Positions 1-9,513 of a stretch of DNA of 64,000 nucleotides are shown one piece after another; the stretch's first letter is position 1, and every line of letters begins with the position of its first letter. This DNA is from Thermoproteota archaeon. Lineage in GTDB: Archaea; Korarchaeota; Korarchaeia; Korarchaeales; Korarchaeaceae. Position numbers and translations under genes: made by a program. The stretch spans positions 6,004 through 70,003 of the forward strand of contig JARZZM010000001.1 of NCBI GenBank assembly GCA_030130125.1, read 5' to 3'. The notes below the pieces were generated by a model that was not told where the DNA came from, searched no databases, and saw only the letters and a program-made list of their open reading frames with translations.

Positions 1-278
1 AAGCAGTCCTTCATCGCGTCGACGACTGAGCGAGCAGGTAACGTGATTACAGCCAGATCGACTTCATCCGGAACATCGAGGAGGGAAGGATATGCCTTAA
101 GGCCTAGGATCTCGTCAGCTCTAGGATTCACAGGATAGATCTTTCCCGAGTATCCCGTCATCAGTAGGCTCCTCAGAGATTCGTGACCTATCTTGCCTGG
201 CTTGGAGGAAGCCCCTATCAGAGCTACGGCCTTGGGCCTGAAGAAGCAGTCCAAGGAGGGGTCTGATCTTCGCATCAT
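1..278 (-). CDS. acdA: ADP-forming acyl-CoA synthetase alpha subunit (CoA-binding domain); 3' part runs off the window
   Basis: Hand translation: MMRRSDPSLDCFFRPKAVALIGASSKPGKIGHESLRSLLMTGYSGKIYPVNPRADEILGLKAYPSLLDVPDEVDLAVITLP; classic CoA-binding motifs (IGAS..PGK.G, YPVNP, AYPSL.DVP..VDLAVI). Confidence 0.85.
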   Translation of the reverse strand, partial: MMRRSDPSLDCFFRPKAVALIGASSKPGKIGHESLRSLLMTGYSGKIYPVNPRADEILGLKAYPSLLDVPDEVDLAVITLPARSVVDAMKDC

Positions 279-372
279 GTGATCGACCCGACTACACGTA
301 AAAACGTAGCATCCGACGACTTCATGGGGATCTCGCAGGATTAAGGTTAAACCTTTCCTTGTTGATGTTTAG

Positions 373-1006
373 AGCGATCATATTTCATTTGAGATGCAGG
401 ATCACAATGTTGAGGAAACCGCAGTGTAGGCTCTAAGAACTATGAACTTAACACAAGGGTGGTTGACGAAAAAGGCACTTCCCTGTCCTGCACCGTCGAG
501 ATATCGATAAACGAAGTACTGGTCGGCTCGTATGGTGATGGAGATTCCCTGATAATTCAAGAGGGAGCTGAAGTCAAGGCATCTCCATCGGACTGCAGTG
601 GATACTCGTTCGATCACTGGGAACTCGATGGAAACGAGTTGGATGAAACCAGTCCGACATTTACGATGACGGAGGATATGACCCTGAGAGCGATCTTCGC
701 TAGATCTCCCACGAGGAGAAGCATCGCCCCCAAAGCCTGGTACGCGTCGATCTTCCCGGAGAAGTTCAGGTACGTGGCTGAGGGAGCGGATCTAGAGATA
801 AACACGGATTTTCTCTCCAAGACAGCCGGACCGTCGCTACCGGGCCAGAGGAGCATGTTGATAATACTGGGAGGCCCCGATGTCGTTCCTTACAACTGGG
901 GGGCTATTGGCGTGACCTATCGCTCGGGATAGAACTTCCTAGGGCGTTGCTCTCCGTACTCTCACTGCTATTGGTCTCCATGGCAAGAAGAAAGATTTCG
1001 AAGAGG
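373..1006 (+). pseudogene. Decayed cell-surface protein gene with InlB-B/Flg_new-type repeat (ORF 459..932 is its main fragment)
   Basis: ORF 459..932 has GYSFDHWELDG...TFTMTEDMTLRAIF; its frame is open upstream only to a TGA at 411; a repeat-like end (ISFEMQDHNV) lies upstream in another frame; a TM plus basic tail (GIELPRALLSVLSLLLVSMARRKISKR, 926..1006) lies in a third frame. Confidence 0.55.
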
Positions 1007-1012
1007 GATGGG

Positions 1013-1435
1013 TCAGTACTCCACAATCCTCTTCAATTTTTTAGCAGCTAGCACCCATGAGGCTACCTGCTTCTTGGTTGGAAGCCTTCTAACGAGCTTT
1101 TTCTTCTCGTTAACCTTCACTAGCTCCTCATACAAGTTCTCCGGATTCCTCCTCGCTAGTTCGACCACTGTATCGACGCCAGCCTGCTCGAGGAGGTCAG
1201 AGTACTCCTCGCCCACCCCCGGAATTCTAAAGAGATCCGCCCTGTTGACCCACTCGAGGACCCTCTTCTCGGATACACCTAAGGACTTGGCGAGTCTCCT
1301 CCTGTCAGACTTCTTGGCCCCCGCCCTGAGTAAATCGTCAACGGTCTTAATCCCTATTTCCTTCAGTTTTTTGGCGTACACGTTGCCTATGCCCTCTATC
1401 GCCTCTACAGGGTAGTTCAATCGTCTTCTGGGCAT
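1013..1435 (-). CDS. DUF4332 helix-hairpin-helix protein
   Basis: IEGIGNVYAKKL and ADLFRIPGVGEEYSDLLEQAGVDTVVELARRNPENL motifs. Confidence 0.85.
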   Translation of the reverse strand: MPRRRLNYPVEAIEGIGNVYAKKLKEIGIKTVDDLLRAGAKKSDRRRLAKSLGVSEKRVLEWVNRADLFRIPGVGEEYSDLLEQAGVDTVVELARRNPENLYEELVKVNEKKKLVRRLPTKKQVASWVLAAKKLKRIVEY

Positions 1436-1720
1436 GAGAACACCTGAAGGGTGAAGGCGGGTATACTAATAAAGTTTCCACACGGAAATCCCCATTGCTT
1501 CTAGAAGATTTTTCATCCAACATCAGAGCCACTAAAGTCGTTGGAGTGTGCACAGCTGCCGCAGGTCGACACGGATCGTTGTTCGCAAAGCAGTCACCTT
1601 TGGTTATCCAAGGGCTTTGGATTCCATCCTTACCTATACTCTCTAGGAGGTTGATGAAACTTTGAGACTAGGCTCGATTCTCAGACCGCTGAAACCTTTA
1701 TCCTATCTGATGCCTCTTGG

Positions 1721-3058
1721 TTGTGGGACGGTATATTGAGGATCACCTACGACAGAGGAACCCTACTGATAGAGGGAGTCAGCAAGCTCCCGCACTGCAG
1801 GTATGATCCTAGGGTCGGTAAATTAAGGACTCTCGCCTACAGATACAGGGAATTGAAGGAGCTCCTAACTCATGCAACCGATCAAGTTCTCGATCTCCTT
1901 CCTCAACCTGATTTGACTGAGAAGGTGACTCTAAGACCCTATCAGGAGGACGCCCTTAACTCTTGGTTGCGGAAGAAGAGGGGGATAATAGTCCTCCCTA
2001 CGGGGGCAGGCAAGACGTACATAGCGCTTAAGGCGATGGAAATACTGAGAGAACCGACTCTCATAGTCGTTCCAACCCTCCCACTACTCAAACAGTGGAA
2101 GGATTTGATAGAATCGATCTACGGTATAAAGGTCGGTGCGATAGGCGGAGGGAGCGAGGATCTGAGGTCTGTTACTGTGATAACGTATGACTCAGCTTAC
2201 ATCAGGGCCTCGGAGCTGGGAAACAAGTTTACCTTCTTAGTATTCGATGAAGTGCATCACTTGGCGGCTGAAGCGTACATAGAGATCGCTGAATATTCCG
2301 CGGCGCCCTTCAGGATGGGGCTGACTGCCACGCTGGAGAGGGAAGACGGGAGGCACGTACTTCTCTTCCCCCTAGTGGGCGGTGTGGTCTATCAGATCTC
2401 CCCCAAAGAGCTGGCTGGCGAGCACCTAGCTGAGTTCGACACGATCAGAATAAGAGTGGATCTGACTGATGAGGAGAGGGATAGATACGAGACATTGATC
2501 AAGGAATACAAGGAGGCACTCAGGCAGGCTGGGATAACCATGAGATCGCTTGAGGATTTCAGAAAGCTTGTCATGAGAAGTACGTCGAACAAGGCGGCTA
2601 GGAGGGCCCTGCTTGCATGGAACGAGGCTAGAAAAATAGCTATAAACTCCAAGAGTAAGCTAAATGTCCTTGAGAGCCTATTAGAGAGTCACAGGGACGA
2701 CAAGGTGATCATCTTCACTGAATATAACGAGATGGCCGAGGAGATAAGCAGAAGGTACCTGATCCCCCTGATAACCCACAGGACGAGCCAGAGGGAGAGG
2801 AACCGCATCTTGGACTCCTTCAGGGCGGGTTCGGTCACGAAGATAGTTACCTCGAAGGTCCTAGACGAGGGTATAGATGTGCCGGACGCCAGGGTGGGTA
2901 TAGTGCTCGGAGGCACTGGCAGCAGGAGAGAGTTCATACAGAGGCTGGGCAGGATACTCAGGAAGAGGGAAGGAAAGAGGGCCGTTCTCTACGAAGTGAT
3001 ATCAAAGGGAACGTCTGAGGTCAGGATATCCAGCAGGAGGAGGAAGGGATTGGGCTGA
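1721..3058 (+). CDS. xpb: XPB/Rad25-family SF2 DNA helicase
   Basis: LRPYQ, PTGAGKT, DEVHH, GLTAT, DEGIDVP, QRLGRILR motifs; coupled to bax1. Confidence 0.92.
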   Translation: MWDGILRITYDRGTLLIEGVSKLPHCRYDPRVGKLRTLAYRYRELKELLTHATDQVLDLLPQPDLTEKVTLRPYQEDALNSWLRKKRGIIVLPTGAGKTYIALKAMEILREPTLIVVPTLPLLKQWKDLIESIYGIKVGAIGGGSEDLRSVTVITYDSAYIRASELGNKFTFLVFDEVHHLAAEAYIEIAEYSAAPFRMGLTATLEREDGRHVLLFPLVGGVVYQISPKELAGEHLAEFDTIRIRVDLTDEERDRYETLIKEYKEALRQAGITMRSLEDFRKLVMRSTSNKAARRALLAWNEARKIAINSKSKLNVLESLLESHRDDKVIIFTEYNEMAEEISRRYLIPLITHRTSQRERNRILDSFRAGSVTKIVTSKVLDEGIDVPDARVGIVLGGTGSRREFIQRLGRILRKREGKRAVLYEVISKGTSEVRISSRRRKGLG

Positions 3059-4575
3059 TGCTTCCATCCCAGCTGTTGAGGGCCAGAGTCAGAGGATCGA
3101 TGCTGTTTCCCCTCTGGGCGAGGGGTACCGACGAGGAGATCGAGCTTGCTAGGGAACTGATAGCCACGTTCCAGCGGGGAAGAAGGCTCAGCGAGATCCA
3201 CGAGAGAGTCGAGGAGATAGAGGGGATGTACGAACTCTTGGGGGTGGACTATAGGTTTGTCAGGGGATTGGCCCTCCTCCTCGAGAGGATGAGCCAGTTC
3301 AGGAGGCCGGAAACCGCTATAGAACCGGAGAAGGCTAGAGAGGTGGTGTTTCGGCTGGTCAATGTCAAATACGGTGGTTTCGTAACTGAAGAAATTAGGG
3401 ATCAGGCACTGGAGGAGGCTGCCCAAGAGTTGGGGATCTCCAAGGAAGATCTGGAGGGTAGTCTGTGGGCCGACTCCGACGACTTTCAAGTGCTGATCTC
3501 TGGGCCTGAGATATCCCCTGAGGATCTCCTCAGAGGATACAACCTCTCACTGCTCCAGACATCCCTCTTCAAGGCCCTACATCTCAAGATAGAGACTAGG
3601 GCTCAAGGATGGGAGGTCAAGGTGTTCCTCAGGGCGCTCAAGCGCCTAGGCCTTATGTACACGGCGGAACGGTTTGAAGGGGGCGTGGCAATAGAGGTCA
3701 GCGGTCCCGCCTCCATACTCAAGATGACCACTAGATACGGTACGTCCTTGGCTAAGCTGATCTCCTACGTAGTCTCGATGTCCCACTGGAGGATCTCGGC
3801 GGGTATCTCTAGGAACAAGAGGGTGCTCTCGCTTAGGCTTGATTCCAGAGCCAGGGACCTGTTCCCGAACGGGGGTGTTGAGGAGCCCCAGTACGACAGC
3901 TCCCTCGAGAGGAGGTTCGCCTCAATAGCCGAGGCCGGCGGTTGGAGGGCCATCAGAGAGCCAGAACCTCTGGTGGCCGGGCGTTCCATCCTCATACCGG
4001 ATTTCTTATTAGTGAAGGGACCAGCTAGGGTTTACGTAGAGGTCATGGGCTTCTGGACCCCAGAATACATCGAGAAGAAGATCAAGAAGCTGTCCCTCCT
4101 GAAGGAACCCATACTTATCGTGGCGAGGAAGGACCTCCTCTGTTCTCGAACAGAGAGCCTGCCGAAAGATGTCTTCTACATCGAAGGGCGCATCGACAAG
4201 GTGGCTCTACTGAGGAAACTCAACGAGCTGGAGAGGAGAGCTATAGAAGAGATCGCACTATCGGATCGTGATCTCGAGGGAGATATCGTGGATCTCAGGT
4301 CTCTAGCGAAGGAGAGGGGTATGAGGATCGACCAGCTGAAGAGGGCCCTCTCGTTGGAGAGATATCAGGTATTGGGGGACTATGCGGTCCGGAAAGAGGT
4401 GCTGGAGTCACTTAAGACTAGGAAACTCCCTAGGAAGGTCAAGGAGCTGAAGGTAATGCTCAGGGAGGAGGGCCTGCCCGAGGATGTGGCCTTACCCTTG
4501 GCGTCGGCCTTGGGCTATGAGGTGGTGTGGCACGGGCTGGACGAGGATGAGGCCGAGCTGTACCCAGCGGATTGA
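3058..4575 (+). CDS. bax1: Bax1 (DUF790) endonuclease, XPB partner
   Basis: YNLSLLQT, GPASI...RYG, YDSSLERRF, IPDF...VEVMGFWTPEY motifs; start overlaps the xpb stop. Confidence 0.9.
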   Translation: MLPSQLLRARVRGSMLFPLWARGTDEEIELARELIATFQRGRRLSEIHERVEEIEGMYELLGVDYRFVRGLALLLERMSQFRRPETAIEPEKAREVVFRLVNVKYGGFVTEEIRDQALEEAAQELGISKEDLEGSLWADSDDFQVLISGPEISPEDLLRGYNLSLLQTSLFKALHLKIETRAQGWEVKVFLRALKRLGLMYTAERFEGGVAIEVSGPASILKMTTRYGTSLAKLISYVVSMSHWRISAGISRNKRVLSLRLDSRARDLFPNGGVEEPQYDSSLERRFASIAEAGGWRAIREPEPLVAGRSILIPDFLLVKGPARVYVEVMGFWTPEYIEKKIKKLSLLKEPILIVARKDLLCSRTESLPKDVFYIEGRIDKVALLRKLNELERRAIEEIALSDRDLEGDIVDLRSLAKERGMRIDQLKRALSLERYQVLGDYAVRKEVLESLKTRKLPRKVKELKVMLREEGLPEDVALPLASALGYEVVWHGLDEDEAELYPAD

Positions 4576-4590
4576 GAGGAAACTTTTTAT

Positions 4591-5463
4591 ATGCACCATT
4601 TGGGTTGGGACTGTGATGCCCTTGGAACGGACTCCGTCCTCCTAGTGGTCGATCATCCCAGATTAGAGGAGAAACTCATTTACAGCTCCTTGAGGGAAAA
4701 GGGCCTTGAAGTAGGGATCCTTAACGTAACTTCGACCCCGCTGCCGATAAACGGGGTGAAGATCCCGAGAGTAGCTCTCATAAGGACAGTGGGGATGTTC
4801 AGGGGAGTCAGATCGTCCGCAGTACTGGAATCCATGGGTTCTCACTCCGTAAACAGCAGCTCGACGATAATGACCTGTGGGGACAAGGTGCTCACCTACT
4901 CAGCCCTCTCCAAGTTCGGGATACCGATCCCCAAGAGCGTGCTGGCGCTGGGGAGGGACGCGGTTCTTAAGGCCTACGGGGAGTTCCAAGGAGTGGTCGT
5001 GGATAAACCGCCCCTAGGTAGCTGGGGAAGGATGGTTTCACTCATTAAGAACGCGGAGATGGCGGTACAGATCGCTGACGCAAGGGGAATGATGCCCAGC
5101 AGCTTGAGGGGGCATGTCATACAGGAGTACATCGAGACCGGGGGTAGAGACATAAGGTGCCTCGTCTTGGGCGAAAGGACGATTGGGTGTATGGAGAGAA
5201 TGGCATCCGTAGGCTGGAAGAGCAATGTGGCGCTGGGAGGAAAGGTGAGACCAATTAAAGCGACTAGCGAGATAGAAGAGCTCTCCTTGAAGGCAGCTGA
5301 GGCTGTGAAAGGGGAATTCGTGGCCGTGGATCTCCTTTCCAACGAGGAGGTTTTAGTGAATGAGGTTAATGGGGTCCCCGAGTTCAAGGGTTTCATCAAG
5401 GCTACCGGGATTGATGTAGCCAAAGAACTCGCCTCTTATACATGGGAGGTGCTGAAGTCTTGA
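4591..5463 (+). CDS. argX: Glutamate--LysW ligase ArgX (RimK-type ATP-grasp); start uncertain (TTG 4600 possible)
   Basis: Sulfolobus-ArgX-like segments CGDKVLTY, VDKPPLGSWGRMVSLI, GRDIRC, NVALGG, VPEFKGF; a distinct lysX is also in the cluster. Confidence 0.8.
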   Translation: MHHLGWDCDALGTDSVLLVVDHPRLEEKLIYSSLREKGLEVGILNVTSTPLPINGVKIPRVALIRTVGMFRGVRSSAVLESMGSHSVNSSSTIMTCGDKVLTYSALSKFGIPIPKSVLALGRDAVLKAYGEFQGVVVDKPPLGSWGRMVSLIKNAEMAVQIADARGMMPSSLRGHVIQEYIETGGRDIRCLVLGERTIGCMERMASVGWKSNVALGGKVRPIKATSEIEELSLKAAEAVKGEFVAVDLLSNEEVLVNEVNGVPEFKGFIKATGIDVAKELASYTWEVLKS

Positions 5464-6482
5464 GAGTGGCCGTATTCGGGGCTTCAGGCTATACCGGTGG
5501 GGAGCTACTGAGAATATTGATCTCCCATCCAGCCTTTACTGTGACAGTTATCACATCTAGGGAGTACGCAGGTAAGCCCGTCTACATAGCGCATCCCCAC
5601 CTGAAGGGGCTGCTCTCGCTGAAATTCGCCAAGCTGGAGGAGGCCTTAAATAAGGAGTTTGATTACGCGCTTCTCGCCCTCCCCCACGGCATCTCTAAAG
5701 AAGTGGTTCCCTTCCTGCTTGAGATAGGGGTGGGAGTGGTCGATCTGGGGGCCGATTTCAGGTTGAAGGACCCTTCCCTCTATGAGACGTGGTATGGGTG
5801 GAAACACCCGAATCCTGAACTGCTGGAAGAGGCGGTTTACGGACTGCCCGAGCTGCACAGGGATGAGATAAGGAATGCAAGGCTTGTGGCCTCACCGGGA
5901 TGCAACGCGACAGCCACGATTCTGGCCTCCGCCCCCTTGGTTAAGCTGGGGGCGAGGAGGGTGCTCGCGGACGTCAAGGTCGGCAGCAGCGAAGCAGGCT
6001 CCAAACCATCGAGGGGGACCCACCATCCCGAGAGGAGCGGAGTCATAAGGCCCTATTCACCCTCAGGGCACAGACATCAAGTGGAGGCGTCACAGGAGCT
6101 CTCCCTGCTAGCAGGGGAGGAGGTGAGGGTCAGCATGGTACCTCACTCCGTCGGTTCCGTCAGGGGGGCCTTCGCCAGCGCGCACGCGGAGCTGGAGGTG
6201 GAAGAGGGAGAGCTTTGGAGGGCATTCGCCAGGTTCTACTCCAAAGAGCCCTTCGTCAGGGTGATGCAGAGGGGATCCTACCCGAATGTGAAGAACGTGC
6301 TGGGGAGCAACTTCGCTGACGTGGGGTTCGCATCGGATCCCTCCCTTCCTAGGGTGTCGGGGTTCGCAGCGATAGATAACCTCATGAAGGGGGCGGCTGG
6401 GCAGGCCATCCAGTCCCTCAACCTGATGGCGGGCTTAGAGGAGACCACCGGTCTGATGCATCCCCCACTCAGTCCAGCGTAG
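5442..6482 (+). CDS. lysY: [LysW]-aminoadipate/glutamate phosphate reductase (ArgC family)
   Basis: GASGYTGGEL, DLGADFRL, ASPGCNAT, AIDNLMKGAAGQA. Confidence 0.92.
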   Translation: MGGAEVLRVAVFGASGYTGGELLRILISHPAFTVTVITSREYAGKPVYIAHPHLKGLLSLKFAKLEEALNKEFDYALLALPHGISKEVVPFLLEIGVGVVDLGADFRLKDPSLYETWYGWKHPNPELLEEAVYGLPELHRDEIRNARLVASPGCNATATILASAPLVKLGARRVLADVKVGSSEAGSKPSRGTHHPERSGVIRPYSPSGHRHQVEASQELSLLAGEEVRVSMVPHSVGSVRGAFASAHAELEVEEGELWRAFARFYSKEPFVRVMQRGSYPNVKNVLGSNFADVGFASDPSLPRVSGFAAIDNLMKGAAGQAIQSLNLMAGLEETTGLMHPPLSPA

Positions 6483-6490
6483 GTGGTGGC

Positions 6491-7273
6491 ATGATAGTTG
6501 TGAAGGTAGGAGGGAGGACCCTCGACAACTTCCCCTCTATAGCCAAGGACTTGGTGAGACATCAGCCGTTCGTGCTAGTCCACGGTGGTGGTGATCTGGT
6601 CACCGAGTACTCTAAGAGGATGGGAGTGGAGCCCAAGATAGTGGTATCGCCCTCAGGTATAAGGAGCAGGTACACCGACGAGGACGAGCTGGAGGTATTC
6701 ACTATGGTGCTTGCTGGCAAGGTCAACAAGGAACTGGTCTCCACGCTCCTCGACTTGGGCATCCAAGCTGTGGGGATTTCTGGCGTGGACGGTCCCACAT
6801 TGATCGCTAGGAGGAAGAGGAGGATAGTCATCTTGGAGAAGGGGAGAAGGCGAGTGATACCCGGGGGCTACACCGGGAAGATAGAGGAGGTCAGGGTGGA
6901 TCTTATCAGCCTCCTCCTAGATTCGGGGTACAGCGCGGTCGTAGCCCCTCTAGCCAGGGGAACGGAAGGCGAGATGCTGAACGTGGACGGTGATCAAGCC
7001 GCTTCCAAGCTCTCTATCGCTCTGGAACCTGCGTACCTCATCTTGCTGTCCGATGTAGAGGGGGTAATGTGGGAGGAGAATGTCGTGAAGAGGCTGACAC
7101 CCGTAGAAGCTGAGGAATTGGCTGCTAAGTTAGGGGCTGGCATGAACCGGAAGCTCATGATGGCCGCGGAGGTGGCGCGGTCTGGGGTGCGGGTCGCCAT
7201 CTCCAGCGGCCTAGTGGACGAACCCGTTACTCATGCCTTAAATGGCGCTGGCACGCATGTCGTTCCAAGCTAG
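6491..7273 (+). CDS. lysZ: [LysW]-aminoadipate/glutamate kinase (ArgB family)
   Basis: VVKVGG, VHGGG, GYTGKI, LNVDGD, GAGMNRKL. Confidence 0.92.
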   Translation: MIVVKVGGRTLDNFPSIAKDLVRHQPFVLVHGGGDLVTEYSKRMGVEPKIVVSPSGIRSRYTDEDELEVFTMVLAGKVNKELVSTLLDLGIQAVGISGVDGPTLIARRKRRIVILEKGRRRVIPGGYTGKIEEVRVDLISLLLDSGYSAVVAPLARGTEGEMLNVDGDQAASKLSIALEPAYLILLSDVEGVMWEENVVKRLTPVEAEELAAKLGAGMNRKLMMAAEVARSGVRVAISSGLVDEPVTHALNGAGTHVVPS

Positions 7274-7323
7274 GAATTTTCCATTATTTTCCGATATTCG
7301 TCCTGTATAGTTCGAGGATAACG

Positions 7324-7331
7324 TTTATATT
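7324..7331 (+). promoter_or_regulatory. Putative internal TATA box for lysWXJK
   Basis: TTTATATT about 32 nt before the lysW ATG, in an AT-rich 90-bp gap inside the cluster. Confidence 0.55.
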
Positions 7332-7362
7332 ATGAGGTATTCGTATCACATGGTGCGAAGAT

Positions 7363-7533
7363 ATGGAGGCCGAGTGTCCTATATGCGGTTCCCCCGTGGA
7401 ACTCCCCGACGATGTCATGGCGGGCGAGCTCCTCGAGTGTCCCTCCTGTGGAGCCACATTAGAGGTATACGAGCAGAATGGGACGTTTCTGCTGAAGGAG
7501 GCTGAGGAAATAGGAGAGGACTGGGGAGAATGA
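7363..7533 (+). CDS. lysW: Amino-group carrier protein LysW (56 aa, absent from the ORF track)
   Basis: Hand translation MEAECPICGSPVELPDDVMAGELLECPSCGATLEVYEQNGTFLLKEAEEIGEDWGE; two CxxC and the diagnostic C-terminal EDWGE; stop overlaps the lysX ATG. Confidence 0.97.
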   Translation: MEAECPICGSPVELPDDVMAGELLECPSCGATLEVYEQNGTFLLKEAEEIGEDWGE

Positions 7534-8363
7534 GGGTAGCCTTGGTCTATGAGAGGTTGAGGGAGGAGGAAAGGCAGCTCATAAGGGCCATTGAGGAGCT
7601 GGGGCACGAGCCAGTACGGTTGCACCTCAGCTCCAAATTCCTCCCGCTTGATCACGGGGAGACCTTCGAGGCCGAAGCGGCCCTGATAAGGGCGATCAGC
7701 GCCACCAAAGCGCACGCGTCGGCTGTGACCTTGTCAAGCTTGGGGGTAAGGGTGGTTAACTCGCCTGGGGTACTGTCGATCTGCGGGAACAAGCTGACAA
7801 CGACGGCCAAACTTTCAGAGGCCGGAATTCCCACGCCAAAGACGGCGGTAGCGTTCTCGCTTGAGGGTGCCTTGGAGGCAGCGAAGTCCATAGGATACCC
7901 CTTAGTGATCAAACCCGTCAACGGGAGCTGGGGTCGACTGGTGTCCCTAGCGCAGGACGAAGAGGAGCTGAGGACCATACTGGAGCATCGGGAGGCGATT
8001 CCCTCCCCCTACTACAGGATCCACTATATTCAGGAATTCATAAGGAAGCCCGGGAGGGACATAAGGGCTTATGGAACCGAGGAGGCCTTCATTACGGCCA
8101 TCTACAGGGTATCAGATCACTGGGTCACCAACACTGCAAGGGGTGCGAAGGCCGTACCGGCTGAGTACAGGGAGGAACTCGCTGATCTCGTTATTAGAAC
8201 CGCTGAAGCGATGGGAGGTGGGTTCCTTGGCGTTGATATAGCTGAGGACGAGGAGAGGGGACTCGTAGTGATAGAGGTGAATGGCGTCACCGAGTTCAAG
8301 AACGCCGCCCGCGTGACAGGCGTTGACATCGCGAGGGAGCTCGTGAGTTACGCGGTGAGATGA
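7530..8363 (+). CDS. lysX: Alpha-aminoadipate--LysW ligase LysX
   Basis: KPVNGSWGRLV, YIQEFIRKPGRDIR, HWVTNTARG, EVNGVTEFKN. Confidence 0.9.
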   Translation: MRVALVYERLREEERQLIRAIEELGHEPVRLHLSSKFLPLDHGETFEAEAALIRAISATKAHASAVTLSSLGVRVVNSPGVLSICGNKLTTTAKLSEAGIPTPKTAVAFSLEGALEAAKSIGYPLVIKPVNGSWGRLVSLAQDEEELRTILEHREAIPSPYYRIHYIQEFIRKPGRDIRAYGTEEAFITAIYRVSDHWVTNTARGAKAVPAEYREELADLVIRTAEAMGGGFLGVDIAEDEERGLVVIEVNGVTEFKNAARVTGVDIARELVSYAVR

Positions 8364-8367
8364 ATAG

Positions 8368-9513
8368 ATGGTCTCACTGATCTCATTCTACGGGTTCAGA
8401 GGACTCAAGCTCGTTAAAGGGGAAGGCCAGTACGTGTGGGACTCGGAGGGTAGACGCTACCTCGATGCCCACACGGGTCACGGAGCTGCTTTCCTCGGGC
8501 ACAGACCTCCTAGAGTGGTGAAGGCCATCCAGGAGCAGATGGACTCGATAATGGTGGTCACCCCTAGCTTCGTGAGCGAATCTATGGAGAGGTGCCTCTC
8601 CTCATTGGAGCGGGTTCTCCCCAAGGGATTGAACCATGTGTACTTCCAGAACAGCGGTACCGAAGCCGTGGAGCTGGCATTGAAGCTAGCCTTCAGAGCA
8701 ACGGGTAGGAAAGAGGTGGTAGCCTTCACGGGGAGCTTCCACGGTAGGACTCTGGGTTCCCTCTCCGCTACTTGGAACCCGAAGTACAGAGAAGGCTATC
8801 CCTTAATCGATGTGAGGTTCGGGAGATTCAACGATTCTTCTTCAGCTGATCTGATAGATGAAGAGGTCGCGGCGGTCATAGTAGAGCCTATCCAAGGAGA
8901 GAGTGGCGTCAGACCTTCGACACCAGAGTTCCTCAGGGCGTTGAGGGAGGCCTGTGAGGAGCACAGCTCCGTCCTGATATTCGATGAGGTCCAGAGCGGG
9001 TTCGGCAGGACCGGCGAGATATGGGCCCACAGGACTAGAGGAGTCGAACCGGACGTCATGACCGCTGGCAAGAGTATTGGTGGTGGGTTTCCTGTCAGCG
9101 TGGTGGCAGCTAAGGAGTGGGTAATCGAATCCCTCAAAGGAGGAGAGCACGGTTCCACCCACGGAGGCAATCCACTGGCCTGCGCTGCTGTCTATGGAGG
9201 TGTATCCACCCTGCTAGAGTATGACGTACCCTCCAGAGCCGCCAAGATGGGTAAGGAATTGATTAAGGGATTGAAGGGCATTGAATCGCGCCTAATAAGG
9301 GACGTGAGGGGAGAAGGACTCATGATCGGGGTTGAACTCAGGGCTGACGTCGGACCCGTCCTCAGGAGGCTGCAACAGAGGGGGATCTTGGCCCTCAAAG
9401 CGGGGAGGACCGTTCTCAGGCTGCTTCCCCCTTATCTGATAACCGAGGAGGACGTTAGGAGGATCGTGGAGGAGGTGGAGAGTGCCCTCATCAACGGAAT
9501 CGGGAGTCGATGA
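8368..9513 (+). CDS. lysJ: [LysW]-aminoadipate semialdehyde/glutamate semialdehyde transaminase
   Basis: Class III PLP motifs SFHGRTLG, DEVQSGFGRTG, GKSIGGG; cluster context. Confidence 0.9.
   Translation: MVSLISFYGFRGLKLVKGEGQYVWDSEGRRYLDAHTGHGAAFLGHRPPRVVKAIQEQMDSIMVVTPSFVSESMERCLSSLERVLPKGLNHVYFQNSGTEAVELALKLAFRATGRKEVVAFTGSFHGRTLGSLSATWNPKYREGYPLIDVRFGRFNDSSSADLIDEEVAAVIVEPIQGESGVRPSTPEFLRALREACEEHSSVLIFDEVQSGFGRTGEIWAHRTRGVEPDVMTAGKSIGGGFPVSVVAAKEWVIESLKGGEHGSTHGGNPLACAAVYGGVSTLLEYDVPSRAAKMGKELIKGLKGIESRLIRDVRGEGLMIGVELRADVGPVLRRLQQRGILALKAGRTVLRLLPPYLITEEDVRRIVEEVESALINGIGSR

Noticed and set aside
7274-7362. Sulfolobus-type LysM binding box before lysW
   Set aside because: No convincing match to the recalled GGTTC-N-G(A/T)ACC pattern, and no lysM in the cluster
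7284-7715. 143-aa minus-strand ORF over lysW
   Set aside because: The real gene here is the short plus-strand lysW
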